NCBI GenBank assembly: GCA_965112735.1
Contig: OZ218950.1
Location: 2,604,001 to 2,668,000 of the forward strand
Direction of reading: 5' to 3'
Source: Phaeosaccion multiseriatum
Lineage: Eukaryota > Protista > Ochrophyta, other classes
DNA: 64,000 nt
Below are positions 9,720 to 24,100 of this stretch, one piece after another; position 1 is the first letter of the stretch; every line of letters starts with the position of its first letter. Position numbers and translations under genes: made by a program. The notes under the pieces were generated by a model. The model was not told where the DNA came from. It saw only the letters and a list, made by a program, of their open reading frames with translations, and searched no databases.

Positions 9720-12700
9720 GATGGTTCGCTGATTCATTGGAGGAAGTCCCAACGTCTTTTGCGGCCTTATTGCAGGGGCCTGTCTGCAGGGGCCTGTCTA
9801 CCTGTCATTTTGACAGGGGACCTTTGGCCAATCTACCCCTTTACTCTACGATCCCCCCTCGCAACTCTCTTCCTTCGCGGCCCTTGGGCCTCCAGCCTTT
9901 TATAGGGCGGTGATAGGGCGGTGATACTGACCTCGACCTTCGCTCTTGTTCCTTTGCCTTCCCCTCTCCTCCCCTCCCCTCCCCTCCCCTCTCCGCAGCC
10001 AAGAACGCTGCCGGCGTGCGTAACATGTCCAAGTTCCTGGAGGAGATGAGCACAGCCCTGCCTGGCGTGGTGCTGACCAATCTCTCTGTGCTGCTGCCTC
10101 ACTTCCAAAGCGAGCCTTACGCCATTCGCAGTGCGCTGACGAGCTGCCTGGCCGGTATTCTCTGCGCGGGGGCCGAGTACGAGAGGAGGGAGAAGGACAA
10201 GGCGGCCGGCCGGGCGGTGGAGGAGGACGAGGAGGAGGAGGAGAAGGAGGAGGGCGGCGATGGACAGGTAGGAGGGACGGCTTGGGGGGATCGTAGCACC
10301 CGCGAGGAAGGGAGAGGGAGAGAGAGAGAGAAAAGAGAGAAAGACGAACGAGCTCTCTCTTGCGGGGGTGGGGTATTAGATGGAGGTGCTATTGAGGTGC
10401 TAAGGCTTTGTGCGATCGATCGACTCGTAGGGTGGGGCTTTTTAGAGGCAGTGCACCGAAAGCTTGCTCCCTTCTCCCTGCTCCTGCCTTTTCTTCATTC
10501 ATTCCTTCACATTCCTTCATGCGTGGCGCCTGAAATCCCGCCCCCCCCCCTCCTCCTCCTTCTGTATCCTTCGCCCGTCCACTGCCCATCTCATCCCTTC
10601 CCTTGATCCATACAGGTGAAGGTGGACACCAAGACCCGAGACAGACTGCTGGACATTCTGGAAGAGCGGGTCAGGGACGTGAATGCCTTCTCTCGATCCG
10701 CAGTGCTGAAGGCTTGGGCCACCCTCAGCGAGGCGAGGGCCATTCCGCGCAATCGAATCCAAGACGTCGCCAAGTGAGTGAAGTGAAGGGTGCGAGTAAA
10801 GCGAGCGAGTGGATGTGTTAGGAATGAAGGGTGGGGGGTATGGGGTATGTTTTGTTTTGTTTCCCCATCCTACCCCACCCTGCTCCTCTCTGTGGTACAC
10901 GGCCCGGCTGCCCCCCCTGCCCGACCCGGATGGCTATGGTGATGACGATGACGATGATGATGATGGTGGTGGTGGTGGTGGTAGAGGAGTGTTGGCGGTG
11001 ATGATGATGTGGCGGTATGCAGCGTATCGCCATGCCAACTGCTGATCACCCACCTGCTGTATCACCAACTGCTGTAACACCAACTGCCGTGCCCCCCAGG
11101 ATCGGACAGGACCGACTACACGACAAGAGCTCCAATGTGCGAAAGAGTGCCGTGCAGCTGCTCACTGCCTTACTCGAGAACAACCCTTACGGGGCTGTCC
11201 TGGAGCCACAGCCGTACGTTCGCAAGGCCGAGGAGGTGATGGCAGAGTTGCTCAAGGTCACGGGGGGGGGAGAGAAGGGGCCGCGCCTCACCAAGGGGGA
11301 GAAGAAAGCACTCAAAGATGCAGACTTGGACATTGGGAGGTTTGGTGGCGAGGGAGAGGAGGAGGAGGAGGAGGAGGAGGAGGGGGGGGGGGACGAGAGC
11401 GACAAGGAGAACAACGTGAAGGAGGAGGAGGTGAGCGAGGAGGAGGAGGGAGAGGAGAAGGAGGATGGCGTGAAAGTAGAGCCCAAGGTAGAGGACGAAG
11501 ACGAGGCCGAGGAGGAGGAGAAGATGAGTGAGGCGGAAAGGAAGAAGATGGACCTCACTCTCCAACTCAGCCTACTTAACGGCGCCATTGGCTTCGTGGC
11601 GGTACTGGGGGCGGCGAGCACCACTCTCTTCACCATGCTGCAGAGCAGGACCACGAGTGACGTCATCGAGGCGCTGCGCTTCTTTACCAAGGCGAGACAG
11701 TTTCAACTGCCGTCTGCTGCCATCGGCATCCGCAAGTCGCTGCCACTGGTGTGGCACAGCGAGGCGTCGGTCGTGGAGGAGGCTAAGAATGCCTTTGTGG
11801 AAGCGTTTGTGTCCGTGCCGGGGGGCGGGCCAAGAGGACCTCCGCTACAGCCCCGAGAGGTGAGGGAGGGAGGGAATGAACTGGGGGGGGTGGGTGGAAT
11901 GAGTGAGTGCGGGAGTGAGTGAGTGAGTGAGTGAATGAGTGGGAGGGGAAAGCAAGAAGGGAAGGGAACGGGGCTTGAAGAAGACTGCTGGCAGAAGAGA
12001 GAGAGCACACACGCACGCACACTCACTCGCCTCTTGCCTCCTCCTCCTCCTGCTTCCACTCCTCCTTCTCTTCTTCTACCTACGCCAATGACTCACAGGT
12101 GGCGCAGAACCTCGTCATGGTGTGTGCACAGAGCAGCACCGCTGACCTCGTGTGCCTGGAGAAGCTCCTCACCACCCTTGTGGAGGGGGACGACAAGGGA
12201 CAGCCAAGGCTGGAGATGAAGGTCTTCGATCAGCTGTGGCTGGCCGTGGCGGGCAAAGGGAACCCGGCCTGGGCTCGAGCAGCGGCGCTGCAGGTGGTGG
12301 CGTGCGGAGCGGTCGCGGCCCCTTCTCTTGTGGACGATTCGAGCCGGCTGCAGACTCTGCTGGCCACGGGGCTGGGCCAGGGGGTTATGGAGGCCGGTGA
12401 TTGGAACACTGTCAAGAGCGCATGCCTGGCATTGCAGCGGCTTGATCCGGGCACCTCCTCGGCCTTGGGCAGCAGCAGCAGCAGCAGCAGCAGCAGCGGC
12501 AATGCCCGTGGCAGTAGTGGGTGGGACCAGGACGAGAAGCGGCGTCTGGTGGACAAGATTCTGAAAAGGCTTTGCCATTTTGTGCAAGGGCGCTGGTGCG
12601 AGGCGCCTTCTTGTCCTGCTCGTGTGAACCGCGTCAGCTCAGTGAGCAGCGCCGTCGTGAGCGACAGCAGCAGCAGCATCGAGGGCGGAGAAGAAGGAGA

Positions 12701-15700
12701 CAGCGTTGACGACGACGCGGATGATGAGGACGAGGATGAGGACGCAGAGGATGCTGCTGGCGCAGCGCCGCATGAGGAGCCAACGGTAGCCGCAGCAGTT
12801 GGTGATACAGCAGCAGCCCAGCTTAAGGAGAGAGAGGACGCCGAGTCTCTGACGTGGTTCGCCGCAGCAGAGCAAGCAATCGTGGTGATCTTCAAGCTCT
12901 CTGCCAAACCGGAAGTGCTAGCCGGGGCTGTGGTGAGGCAGATGGGCGGTGTCACACTCCAGCTTGCCGAGGGGGAGGGAGGGGTGGCGGCGGATGGAGG
13001 AGGAGAAGGCCAGGCCCAGATGGCGACGACTACGAGTCCTTTACAACTGGCGAGGCTGTGCTTCGTGGTGGGCCACGTGGCACTGCAGCTCCTCGTGTAT
13101 TCGGAGGAACTTGCCTCGAAGATCAAGAGGGCTCGAGCTGGTGGTGACGGCAAGGCAGCAGGCGGGGGCGGAGGAGAAGGAGGTGGAGGAAGAGCGAAGG
13201 TTTCTGAGGCGCCCAAGGGGGTGCAGCGCAAGGGGAAGAAGGTGGTGGTGGAGGAGGAGGAGGAGGAGGAAGAGGGGGGGAAGGACGAGGAGCTGGAGTC
13301 AGACATGGGCGCCAATCAAGAGCAGGAGGCAGAGGACGAGCGGCAGATCCTCGACGTGACGGAGAAGGAGATTGTGGGGCGCAACTTGTTGGGTCTGTTT
13401 GGGCCTCTCTTGGTGCGAATTGTGGCCAACGAGGAGGGGCACTTCGCCCACCCCGTGCTACGCGAGAGCGCGGTGCTTGCGCTGTGCAAGTTTATGTGCA
13501 TCAGCGGAGAGTTCTGCGAACGGTACCTGGCCCTTCTCTTTACAACGCTGGAGGCCCCCGAGGAGGGCATGGCCGTACGGGCAAACATTGTCATTGCCCT
13601 TGGAGACTTGGCGTTTCGCTTCCCCAATGCGCTGGAGCCGTGGAGCCACTACATCTACAGCAGGTGCGTTACGGCGTTAGGGTAGCGCGACAGGGTACCA
13701 CAGGGGAAGGGCGAGCTTCGTCAGCTGCTTGTGCTTGTTGGCCGTCTACTGCCTTCCGTTTGTGGTGTGTTATTTATGTGTGTGTTTGCGCTGAACTTGT
13801 GCGCGTATGCTTGCACGAAGAGAAGGCTGAAGCCCCCCACTTCCAGCCTACCCCGGAGTCCTGTTCGAAAGGCAGTGTGTGTGTGTGTGTGTGTGTGATG
13901 TAGATGCCGACCCCACCCTCCCACCATCTCCCTTCCCCTCCTCCTCCTGCTCCTCCTCCCTCATCCAATGCCACGCACGGATATCCACTGCCATCCACTG
14001 CCATCCAGGCTCCGTGATCCCAACACACTGGTCCGTGCCAACACGATGCTCGTCCTCACACACCTCATCCTTAATGACATGGTCAAGGTGAGAGGATCAC
14101 TCGCGAATGTTGCCCTACGCTAGGGGGGCTAAAGTGGTGTTGCCGCACGTTAGTGGAGTAGTAGGGGGGTTAAAGGGGGTGACTCGCTTATGCTGCCCTA
14201 CATTAGGAGGGACCAGAGTGGAGGGGTACGTGTCTTGCCGCACGTTAGGGGAGTAGGAGTGGCGTTAACGTAAGCATCCACGTAATAACCCAAACTCTTC
14301 TCCTCTCCCCTCCCCCTCCGTGTGTGCATGCGCCACCCCATCAGGTGAAGGGTCTGGTGAGCGACATTGCGCTGTGCCTTGTGGACCCCGTGCCACGCAT
14401 CAGAGGAATGGCACGAATGTTCTTCCACAGCCTCAGCAAGAGGGGTACCAACCCCATCTACAATCTCCTCCCGGATGTCGTGGGACGCCTGAGCACGGGG
14501 GACGTGGAGGAGGTGAGGGGAGCACGGAGTGCCTGACTCACTGACTGGTTGATGGACTGACTGTCCGACTTGCGTAGGGGTGATTGACTGACTGGCTCTG
14601 ACGGACTGGCTGACTGAGTGAACGACTGACTGACTACCTGACTGACTTGGCTTACTGACTGACCAAATAACTGAACGACTGAAGGTCTGACCGGCCGAAC
14701 GACCGACCTAGTGAACGACCGATAGACTGTAGATAGACTGACTGACTGACTGACTGTATGACCGCCTTGGCCTACTCACTCACACTCTACTGACTCCACT
14801 CCTGCTGCTGCTACGTGCTTGCCCATATGACTGCTTGCGTCCCTGCCCTGCCCCACCCCGTGCCCCTGCTGTATCACCAACTGCTGCCCCCCCCCCCCCC
14901 CCCCCCCCCAGGACGACTTCAAGGAAGTCATGGCGTTCCTCCTGTCCAAGATAGACAAAGACAAGCAGACGGAGAGCCTCGTGGAGAAGCTGTGCCATCG
15001 CATCCAGGCAGCGGAAACCCCCAAGGGGCAGCGCGACATGGCCTACTGCCTGGGCCAGCTCAAGGTGAGAGAGGGAAACGTATATGAAACGTACATGTAT
15101 GGTTTGCGTTTCATTCTGTTTACCCTTTTCCAATCCATACCCACCAGCCAAGTGTTCAGTGTTCAGTGAAGATGTCGATACCTTGCCATGCCCGTCCACT
15201 GCCACCCCCCCCCCCACAATCAATCTATGGACGAAGCATGCATACAGAGGCCAACAACTAAGTGCGTAAGCTCTACACTCTTACACCTCTCTACCTCAGG
15301 TGACAGAGAAGGCCGTGAAGCGTCTGTGCGAGTTGCTGCCGACGTACAAGGGCGCTCTTGGTGATGAGCAGGTCTTCTCCAGCTTCCAGGTGAGTCCGAC
15401 AGTCAGTCAGTCATTTAGTCAGTCAGGCCCGGCCCAGCCTTCTCATGCACCTGTTCGCTTCTCTCTGCCTCCCTCGCCCCCTCCCTCTCTCTTTCTGTCC
15501 ACTCCACTTCTCTTCCTCTCTCCAGCTGCTGGTGGGTCGGGCCAAGAAGTTCGCCAAGCCCGACATGAAGGAGGCGGTGCAGGAGTGGGACGCCCTCCTT
15601 CAGGCACACCACGAGGTGGGTTATGTCAATGGGTGTGTGTATGTGTGTGTATGTTGGTGGAGGCGTGTGTGTGGGTGTGCGTGCGTGCGTGCGTGCGTGC

Positions 15701-16383
15701 GTGAGCAAAGGGGGGGAAGGGAAAGAGTGGGTAGGTGAATTGGTTGAGTGAGTGATCAAGGCCCGAGGGGAGGGAGAGACTTTGGATAGCTGGAGGTCTG
15801 AGCGCTTGGGAAGTCATCCTGCTGACAATGCCCCTCCTCCCCACCCCCCCCACTCTATCTCTCTCTCTCTCTCTGTCCCGTCGATCGGTGTGTTCGTCGG
15901 TCTTCCCACTTCATCGAGAAGGGAGGGGCCGAGGATGAGGACGCAGCGCAGAGGGCAAAGAAGGCAAGTAAGAGAGCAAGGAGGGCCAAGGGGACGACCA
16001 AGGGGAAGGGCGGTGAAGAGGGAAGAGACATGGCAAAGGATCGCAAAGCGCTGAAGAGGGTGACCAGGGGAGGAGGCAGGAAGAAACCAGCGGCGGCCGT
16101 GGTCGCTGAGTACGAAGGGGAGTCAGAGGAAGAAGAGGAGTCCGAGGAGGATGAGGAGGACGACGACGAGGAGGAGGAGGAAGAGAAGGCGCCCAGAGGA
16201 AAGGTGAAGGGCAAGCGAGCTGTGAGGAGGGTGGCAGAGAGCAGTGGAGAGGAGGACGGGGAGGAGAGCGACGGAGACGAAGATAACATCTTCTCCCAGA
16301 GCAGCAGGAGCAGCAGCAACAACAACAACAAGGAGAACGCCGTGAAGAATGGCAGCAGGAGCCGGCGAGGTGCCCGAAGATGA
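8363..16383 (+). CDS. NCAPD2: Condensin I HEAT-repeat subunit CAP-D2 (Cnd1/Ycs4)
   Basis: Motifs RLHDKSSNVRKSAVQLL, SRTTSDVIEALRFF, LARLCFVVGHVAL, AVLALCKFMCISGEFC, VRANIVIALGDLAFRFPN, LTHLILNDMVKVKG and NPIYNLLPD. Approximate exons: 8363-8622, 8825-9662, 9999-10267, 10616-10773, ~11100-11859, 12099-13662, 14009-14087, 14345-14512, 14912-15064, 15300-15389, 15525-15615, 15922-16383. Confidence 0.95.
14535..14790 (+). repeat. Degenerate (CTGA)n tetranucleotide repeat in an NCAPD2 intron
   Basis: Run of ctgactgactga with variants. Confidence 0.85.
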
Positions 16384-17260
16384 AGAAAAAGGCTGCATGG
16401 GTGTGTGTAGAGGGGGGGTGGGAGATTATGGCTTGCATGAACCAACCCACGACGAATCGGCGATCTCCGGTGCCCTACCCAGGCGAGGGGCTGCCGCTGG
16501 AGGAAGAGACGGAGTGAAGGGGTGAGGAGGAGGATGGCGGAGGGGAGAGGGCAGGCCCGGTGAGGCGGGGCGTGTCATCTTCTCCAGCACTGGAACTTAC
16601 AATTTTCGCTTTTCGGTTACATACACAACAACGTGGTTGACTGTAAACAAGAAACAGGCCTTAGGCGAATTTTGCACTGTGTATGTGTACCCATGAGATA
16701 GTAGACGCTGGTCGCGAGGACGAGATTGCTCGCAGTGGATGGCAGTGCATGGCACTGGGCGGTGCAAAGCTGCTCCACCTCAATACGAGCAGGTATCGTA
16801 GGCCACCTGTTTATGACTTACGTAGTCGCAACGTAAGGTACGGGCTCTTTCCTCCTCAGCCTCGGAGAGGGAACACCTTGCCGCCTCGCTTCGGCCGGCC
16901 GGACGACCGCCGGTTCTCACAGACTCACAGATGGACATGTATCGCCAATGAAGGGGAAGGGCCTTACTGTCACTCCGAGGCGCGCAAATAGCCTTAAGGC
17001 CTTACTAGCTTAGTATAGCCTTAAGGGGAAGGAAAGGAAGACCGATGCCGCTCCTAAGTATAGCTTTATTACTTATTACTCTCCCCTTCATCTACAGTTT
17101 TGTTACAAAACGGGTAGAATCCTCTCCTTCTCTTCTAATGCAGCGACAAAAACTGTTCCATCTACTTACTGTACACAGTGAGTTACGAACTCTTATAATA
17201 ATAAAGGCATTGAATAAAGGCATTGAATGCCGTGCCTCCTTCTCCTCCTCCTCCCCATCA

Positions 17261-20200
17261 TCATCCGGTGCCCTCCATAACCGGTACGTACTTCCACTCA
17301 TACGGCGCAAGGTGCCAATCTTGCCCAGGGTCGATCTTCGCAGCCGCAAAGATGATGCCCTTCCCACCCGCAGGCACATCCACCTCCACCTCGCCCACCG
17401 GCACGGCAAAGTTGGTTGGCGTGCCGTTGGCATCATGCGCAGAAAGGGTCATGGTCAAGCGAAGTCGCTGCGAGAGATTATTCTGTAACGTCCAAATGAG
17501 CGAAGATGGGGAGTCCGTGTACCACCGCTTCTCCACCAGCGACACGATCGCTCCCTCCACCTCCTGAGATTCGAGCCCCGTGATGAAGAACCTCGCCGTG
17601 GCGGCCATCCCGGGCATCCCATTGCCATTGCCATTGACATTGCCCATCATGCCATCATGCCCCACTTGGCCCACTTGACCAACTTGCTGCACCATGTGGT
17701 CATACGCCCCTCCACCCGCCCCCCCCGCCTCTTCCCCGGCCATGATGACCCCTGCCGTCGCACCTTGCTCATCCTCCACCGACCACAAGTCCTCGCTAGG
17801 AGTCGGGCGGTAGGTCTGTTCAAAGGCCCGAAGATGAGTTGCCACTTCCTCCGCGGAAGCCCTGTCCACCCACCCACTACCAGCGCCCCCACCGGTAGAC
17901 ATGGTCGACAGGTGCATGTTATATACATGCCGAAGCATCCAATCTGTGTTGAGCGGCGCCATATAGGCACCAATGGCCGGCACCGTCACCATCGCCTCAG
18001 CCACAGCCGCCATCGCACGGAATGCCCACCTTATGAGCGCGTGCCGCTTTGTATGTATGAGGCTGAGGAGACCCAACTCACCACTCGCCCTCGGCCCCGT
18101 GGAGGTACCGCTGCCGTTGTTTCCTCCTCCTCCCCACTCCTGCCCGGGCAAGGGACCTTCACCTAACACCTGTCCTGCCCTCACGCTCTGCAGCTCGTCA
18201 TCCACTGCCATCCACGCCTTGATGGCCGTGAGCCAGGACTCCATGTCGGAATACTTGGCCGCTGCAATGCCCTTGACGAGCATGGCTGAAACTGTCTGCA
18301 GCATCATCACGTCGTCACGGCCCCACTGACTCAATACATCGGCAATGGCCGAGCTGTGGCCCTCCTCCAGGCAGGTTCGGTAGAAGTTCAGGTTTCCGAG
18401 CGCTCGTCTGTCCTCGTCTCCCAACTGAGCCCCCGTTGGCGCCTCGATGAGCCCGGACAAGCTCCCATCGTACACGTTGCCGCCGCTGGAGGTCTGCCCC
18501 GTATGCCTCACGAGGTTCACCACACAGCGAATCAGCGGTCCCAAAGAGGCGTGCGAAGCGGCTGCAGCAGCCGCCGCGGCATGCGTCATGCCCAGGCGAG
18601 AGCTGTTGCTGCTGTGAATGGCCAGATAAAGGTCAATCAGCTGATACACTGCCCCTGCCCGCACCAGGTCGTCCCGCTGAGTGTCTCCCATCAAGCTCAG
18701 ACTCTCAAAAAGCTCAAAGAACTGCTGCAGCTTGCCCACATTCCCACAGTTCTTGCGAACCTCTGGCAGCAGCGACAGGAGCCCCGTAAAGACCCCGTAG
18801 AGACTCGACAGACTGGATATACTGCTGCTGCCGTCGCCGTTGTTGGCTGCTCCCGGTCCTGCGCTCGGTCGCTCCCCCTCCTTCTTCTCCTCCTCCTCCT
18901 CCTGCTGCTGCTGCTGCAGCTGCTTCTCTTGGTGGTACTGCGCAAGTACACACACAAGGTGCACGTAAAAGTTCTTTACTGCTTGTCGCACCGACTCGTC
19001 GGGGCACACGAGCAAGAGCTCTTGCACCTGTGCCATCGCACCCCCCGCCTCTGCCCCCCCGGCCTCTGCCCCAGCCTTGCCCGACACCACTGCATCCAAA
19101 TACTCGGCCACCACAGGAGCGTTCCCATCGCAGAGGCGTTGCAACTCCTTGAGCAAAGAGCCCAGCTCTGCCCGGTCATTGTCCGGAGAGTAGGCAATGT
19201 GCTCCAGGCAAAACACAATGCCCCATCGAATAAGCGCCTCCGTCGAGTGATCTGGCGATGATGATGCTGTGGATGCCGAGGTAGAGGGTCTGCTGCTTCC
19301 CGCTGCTCCTCCTTCCCCTCCTTCCCCTCCTCCCAATGGGGAGGAGCTTGTGGTCACTTCTTCAGCCAACCTCACCCTCAACATGTCTGTGTCTGTGTCG
19401 GCTCCTTCTCCCCCCCCCCCTCCTCCTCCTCCTCCTCCTCCTCCTCCTCCTCCACTGCTGCACCCCGGCAAAGACGACGGGAGAGGCTCCCGAGCCTGCT
19501 CCCGAGCCTGCTCCGCGTAGTTCGCAGCAGCATGGAGCGTGTCTCGCACGAATCGGGTGAAATCCGGGTGGTGCACCTGTCGGCTGAACAGGAAGCGCAG
19601 GTTCTCCGCCCACACGTCAGAGAAAACCCTTGGAGGCACCACCACCTCCTTCTCCGTCCTCCGCTCCTTGGCGTCCACTCGGTCAAAGAGAAGAAGGTAC
19701 GCGTTCTGGATATTCTCCTTGTTGGTGGACCACCCCATCTCGTCCCACTCCCCTGCCCCTGCCCCAGCCCCAGCCCCACTGCCACCACTGCCAACCGGCC
19801 CCTGCTCTGCCCCTGCCCCTTGCTGCTGACTGGCCTGTCCTCCGAAGCAGTCACTCTCCATGCGGCTGACATCCCAAGGCTTGACTGTGGTGTCGTTAAA
19901 CTCGCACCACTTACCTGACGTGTCCGTGTCATTGATATAGGAGAAGTAGTGCCCCTGATTGGCCGTGCCCACATGCACCACAACCCCCCTCAGTGTATAC
20001 TTGTAGTGCTCTTCCGAGTGAAGGAGTTGATACGCCCCATCGTCGTCCTCCTCTCCCTCTCCCCTCAAACCTCGCTCTCGCCGAAGCATGCCTTCCTTGG
20101 TAAAGGGTTCCAAATCGAGCTCTGTGGGGAACTCAAACCGCGTGTTGAGCTTCTCCGTCATAAACGTATCCATGTTGAGCGTGAAGCGGTTCAGATGCAC

Positions 20201-21083
20201 AATCAGCGTATCCGGGAGACTCCCAAGCACTTGCCGCTTGCTGATGTTGGCGTTCTTCCGACTCTCGTCCCAATCGTAGCCTGAAATGGTGTCTTTGGCT
20301 GTGAACTTGGCCAGCGCGTCCGCTACACCCCTCATGTTCTTCACTTCCAGCGAAATGCAAAAGAAGGGTTCTTCGCGCTCACGCACGTTGCCAACCTTCG
20401 CTGAGTCGCTCCTCCTCCTCTTTTTGCTCGTCTCGCCAAGCCTCGCACTGATACCGATACCCCCTTCCCCCGCCACACCTCCCTCCTCGGCAACACCACC
20501 GTCAGCAGCGCCACCTCCCGCTCCTTCCCCACTAGACAAGCCCTCCTCCTGCTCCTCCTCCTCCTCCTCCTCCTCCAGAATGATTTGATTGATGAGCTTA
20601 CCCCCAAAGCTGCGCTGAAACATATCCTCGTACTTGGTCCCGCGCAGCGCCGTCTCCAGCTTGTCAATCAGCTCCAGCAAGAATCCCTGTGCGTCCTGTT
20701 GCACAGACACGTCGACTGGGTTGCCGTCCATGTCCTTCAGGTGAGACACAAGAGGCCGGGGATCGACTGCTTGCTGCTCGCTCAGGCAGAGACTTCCGAA
20801 CAACCTCTGCAGTTCCGACACGAGAGAGCTGTTACCGCCACCACCACTGCTGCTGCTACTGCTGCTGCTGGTGATAGTGGTGCCTCCTCCTCCTCTCATC
20901 TCGCCCACACCACCGCTGCCGTGGTGAACAAGAGCAGTTTGAGTTTGAGTTTGGTTCTCGTCTCCAATCGGGGCCTTGGCCTCGAGTAGGCCGATGCGGA
21001 TCGCGGGCTTCATGAAAAGCTGCTGCAGGCACGAGCTCATGTAGCAAGTGTTGCCCAGGTTGCGGATTCCAACGCGGCCTGGG

Positions 21084-21166
<83 letters not shown>

Positions 21167-24100
21167 GGGAGAGAGAGAGAGAAGTGGGAGAGAAAGAGAG
21201 GGGGAGGGCGAGAGAGCAAGAGAGGGGGGGGCGGGGGAGACGAAGAGAGAGAGGGAGTGGAATGAGACAGGCAGCAGGGACGAAGCAATGTTGTGACCGA
21301 GACGACAGACACACGGCTTGGCTGAGCTGAACTACATTCCATGCTCGCTGAGCCTCTTTGTACCAAACTTCAAGAGCAAGAGCATTCCTCTTAACACGAT
21401 GATAAAAGATGGGAGCATTTCTCTTACAACCAAACTTCAAAAGGCATGAAGGAGAATTCCTTCCTCCTTTCTCTTTCCTTCACTGTCTGCCTCCGTGCAC
21501 CCACCCACCCACCCACCCACCCACCCACCCACCTATCCACCTACCCACCCACCTACCCACCCACCACCCACCCACCCACCTGTACTGCTCTTCTCCCGCT
21601 CTCCCACGGTGGCGCTGCGACTATACTGGAAGTACTTCTCCGGCTGACGAATATCCTCCAAGCGAGCTTGGAGGGGCAGCAGCCCGTGCTTCACCACAAG
21701 GGCGTTACTGGAAGGACAGTCCTGACAAAGGGCCGCTAAGAGACGGAAGGCGGTCGCCCTGGAGGCATTACTCTTGCACTTTGGTGCCGCCGGTCGTGAA
21801 GCCTCCTGAATGTTAGAGGCCAGCTGCACGTGCTCCGCAAACAGGAAGTCCTTAAAGAGGGTAGGCAGAAGCTCCTGCCCCATAAACGGTCTCAGCTCCG
21901 GCAAGACGGTTACGATTCGAGCCACGAGACGCATGAGGCCAATCAAGAGATTTTCGTCCTCCTCCCCTCCTCCCCCCCCCTTGCTGTGGCTGATCTTGGT
22001 GGGTGCTGGTAGGTAAGGGTGACGCTTCAGCCGCTCCGACAAGTCCAGCAAGAGCTCCTTTGCCTGCAACATGGTGTCAGGGCTGCCGCTGCTGGATGAC
22101 CAGCTGCTGCTGATGCTCGAGCCGCCGTCTGCTGAGAGAGCCGCTGCTGCTGTACCATCAACTCCTGCAGGGTCGGTGCCTCCTTGGCTTCCTTGTCGCG
22201 ACTGCTGCTGCCGGACAAGAGTACTCTCCACTAACGTACAAAGTAGGTCGAAGAACTGCGTGCAGCATCTCATGTCCTCGCGCACGCCAACCACACCTTC
22301 CTTACTATTGGGAGAGGGGATGTTGGCCAGCAGTAGTTCGAGGAAGTAACGGCTCGGTGGAAGGTCCTCCCCGTACCATTGCTCGTCGTCCTCCTCCTCC
22401 CCTTCCTCTTCACTGAAGCCACCATCACCATAGCTGCCGCTGCCGCTGCCTCTCCTCCTCCGATCGAGGTCGAGGCCCTTATCTTGGCCTCTCGCGATGG
22501 CGCTATTACTATTATCCCTTCCCTCCTCCCTGCTGCTGCTGCTGCTGCTACTGCTACCCCTCCCCTTGTCATTCCTCCTGTATCGCACATCTCGACACAC
22601 CAGCTTGAGTGCGGTGCACACCTCTGTGCGCAGGGGCGGGCTGGCGGAGCAGAACAGCAGGGCCATGGCCAGTCTCTCGAGCTCCTCGCTGTGAAAGTGG
22701 AAGAGAGTCTGCAGCAGCCTTGGCATGTGCACCGCACAACCCACCCACAGCGCGAGCACCTGTGGCAAACACAAGGCGACCGACGGATTGATTGGTTGCG
22801 GTAGTGGTCGTAAGTGGCACAGTGAAAGAAAGAAGCCAGGGGATGGGGTGGGCCAAAGAAGTGGACGGAAGGATGGACGGATAGATGGATGGATTGACTG
22901 ATTGAAGACCTCCGAACCATGAATGCAGTACAAAGGAAAGCGATGTGTGTCCCTTCTGTCCAAAAGACCTTCCTTTCGCCTTACCTCATGGACCACCCCG
23001 TTGATAGGAGCTGTCTCTGTGTTGGCAGAAGACCGCCCCGTTCTCAGGCTGCTGCTGCCGCTGCTACTGCTGCTGATTCCAACGGAAGGCGAGGTGCTGC
23101 TGCCCTCCGCTGCCACTCTTGCTGCAACCACGCCCACACGCAGCAGGCGAATCTGTAAGGCAGCAAAGTCCACCGCGTGATAAATCACATCACTCATTTT
23201 GCTGTTCATCTGCTGCCGCATTGTGGCAAAGCCCGGAGGGAGGCCTCCTCCCCCTCCTCCTCTCGCCCTGTCCTCCTTGCCACGCGTGCCTCCTCCCCGA
23301 GGCCCGTCACCGCTGCCACTCCGCAGTCGAGCCGCCCCAGCCGCCGCCGCAGCTGCTGCTACTTCTGACTTTACATCAGCCGACAGTCCCTTCAGTGCTC
23401 CTCCCTGCGGCACCCCCTGCGGTACTATCGATGTGGTCGTGGTGATAGGAGGTGCCTCCTTTCCTTCCTCCCCTGGCGTAGGCGGAGTTGCACCCGGACC
23501 AGTGGCGCCAGTCCCAGTCCCAGTGTGAGTGCCAGTGTGGTCGATGCCCGTCTTGAACCACAGCCCCGCCATCAGAAAATAGCGTACCACCTTGGTGGCA
23601 AGGCACAGACACTGCTGCTGAACCACGGACATGGTCCGCCCAGGCTGCTCCTCCCCAAAGGCACCGGGCTTGAGGAGGATAGAGTAGAGGTGTTCAAAGC
23701 CCCCCCACAGCACGAATTGACACCGCCAGTCGGCCCTGATGGCCTCCAAGGCACTCGTGGTGCCCGTTCCGTTTGGTGCCATCCCCGTCCGCCTTCGCTT
23801 CCTCTTGGGGCTGCTCCGAGGGGGTCCCTCACCACCACCACCACCACCGACAGTTGGCCCGCTCGGCCCAAGGGGATGAGGACCCTTCGACTCCTGCTGC
23901 CTCTCTTTGCCCTTCTCCTCCTCATCCTCATCATCCTCATACTGTACCACCTTCGCTTCAGCCTTCAGAATGCCGCTTCCATCGATCCTCCCCGGGGCCG
24001 TGGGCAACCACCCGTCACCGCCATCACCACCACCACCACCACCACCACCACCATCATCATCATCGTACTCCTCCTCGTCGTCGTCCTCCTCCTCCTTGTC

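Noticed and set aside
22760-22985. Continuous coding through ORF 21533-24922
   Set aside because: This segment has GTAAGG...CAG boundaries and (CCAT)n repeats; it is most likely an in-frame intron.
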